From assembly GCA_002269645.1 (NCBI GenBank), contig NIVC01001905.1, forward strand, positions 1-64,000: 64,000 nt of DNA, read 5' to 3'. The DNA is from Macrostomum lignano. Lineage: Eukaryota. The position numbers were made by a program, and so were the translations under genes. Below the pieces are notes generated by a model. It saw only the letters and a list, made by a program, of their open reading frames with translations, was not told the DNA's origin and did not search any database. How positions within the stretch are numbered: the stretch's first letter is position 1; the number at the start of each line of letters is the position of its first letter. Below are positions 62,631 to 64,000 of the stretch, piece after piece.

Positions 62631-64000
62631 CTCGGTAGAAGTCTCGGTAGAAGTCTCGGTAGAAGTCTCGGTAGAAGTCTCGGTAGAAGTCTCGGTAGTA
62701 GAAGTCTCGGTAGAAGTCTCGGTAGAAGTCTCGGTAGAAGTCTCGGTAGTAGAAGTCTCGGTAGAAGTCTCGGCAGAAGTCTCGGCAGAAGTCTCGGTAG
62801 AAGTCTCGGTAGAAGTCTCGGTAGAAGTCTCGGTAGTAGAAGTCTCGGTAGAAGTTTCGTTAGAAGTCTCGGTAGAAGTCTCGGTAGAAGTTTCGTTAGA
62901 AGTCTCGTTAGAAGTCTCGTTAGAAATCTCGGTAGAAGTCTTGGCAGAAGTCTCGGTAGAAGTCTCGGTAGAAGTCTCGGTAGAAGTCTCGGTAGAAGTC
63001 TCGGTAGAAGTCTCGGTAGAAGTCTCGGTAGAAGTCTCGGTAGAAGTCTCGGTAGAAGTCTCGGTAGAAGTCTCGGTAGAAGTCTTGGTAGAAGTCTCGG
63101 TAGAAGTCTCGGTAGAGAATTTTCGTTAGAAGTCTCGTTAGAAGTCTTGGCAGAAGTCTCGGTAGAAGTCTCGGTAGAAGTCTCGGTAGAAGTCTTGGTA
63201 GAAGTCTCGGTAGAAGTCTCGGTAGAAGTTTCGGTAGAAGTCTTGGTAGAAGTCTCGGTAGAAGTCTCGGTAGAAGTCTCGGTAGAAGTCTCGGTAGAAG
63301 TCTTGGCAGAAGTCTCGGTAGAAGTCTCGGTAGAAGTCTCGGTAGAAGTCTTGGTAGAAGTCTCGGTAGAAGTCTCGGTAGAAGTCTTGGTAGAAGTCTT
63401 GGTAGAAGTCTCGGTAGAGAATTTTCGTTAGAAGTCTCGTTAGAAGTCTTGGCAGAAGTCTCGGTAGAAGTCTCGGTAGAAGTCTCGGTAGAAGTCTTGG
63501 TAGAAGTCTCGGTAGAAGTCTCGGTAGAAGTTTCGGTAGAAGTCTTGGTAGAAGTCTCGGTAGAAGTCTCGGTAGAAGTCTCGGTAGAAGTCTCGGTAGA
63601 AGTCTTGGCAGAAGTCTCGGTAGAAGTCTCGGTAGAAGTCTCGTTAGAAGTCTCGGTAGAAGTCTTGGTAGAAGTCTCGGTAGAAGTTTCGGTAGAAGTC
63701 TCGGTAGAAGTCTCGGTAGAAGTCTCGGTAGAAGTTTCGGTAGAAGTCTCGGTAGAAGTCTCGGTAGAAGTCTCGGCAGAAGTCTTGGTAGAAGTTTCAG
63801 TAGAAGTCTGGGTAGAAGTCTCGGTAGTAGAAGTCTCGGTAGAAGTCTCGGTAGTAGAAGTCTTGGTAGAAGTCTCGGTAGAAGTCTCGGTAGAAGTTTC
63901 GTTAGAAGTCTCGGTAGAAGTCTTGGTAGAAGTCTCGGTAGTAGAAGTCTCGGTAGAAGTCTTGGTAGAAGTCTCGGTAGAAGTTTCGTTAGAAGTCTCG
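62631..64000. repeat. 12-bp minisatellite (GTAGAAGTCTCG)n running off the window end
   Basis: Direct; includes a ~300-bp higher-order duplication (gtagagaattttcgttag at about 63114 and 63416). Confidence 0.97.

Noticed and set aside
62542-63431. (VEVS)n ORFs on the + strand
   Set aside because: 12-bp satellite; the meaningful signal is the THAP remnant on the minus strand.

Overview
Intron-rich animal genomic DNA, not prokaryotic. Short GT-AG introns, GC-rich polyQ/polyA exons and very dense minisatellites suggest a flatworm such as Macrostomum (inference only). By following splice phases I reconstructed these genes. Minus strand: DUF229 protein, divergent PPP phosphatase, CSRNP-family factor with a coding (RSQSPSVT)n array, ARL5 GTPase and a shootin-1-like protein. 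Plus strand: a partial single-pass membrane protein and an 8-9-exon Raf/KSR-like pseudokinase (~37.6-54.1 kb). An intronless sphingomyelin synthase sits antisense in one pseudokinase intron. Mobile elements: a hAT/Charlie-like MITE (2 copies), tRNA-derived SINEs, a CMC/EnSpm-like element with a 3-bp TSD, and decayed hAT-transposase and THAP remnants. About 35-40% of the window is about 25 tandem arrays, many filling otherwise ~100-bp introns; most long ORFs in the supplied track are artefacts of these arrays. Main leads: (1) ARL5 has no ATG of its own and starts at Gly2 directly after a splice acceptor, so its start codon may come from a spliced leader; (2) a catalytically dead Raf-like kinase keeps a C-terminal 14-3-3-type motif; (3) the nested intronless SMS; (4) intron inflation by private minisatellites, including a 5.3-kb array of hairpin-forming units.
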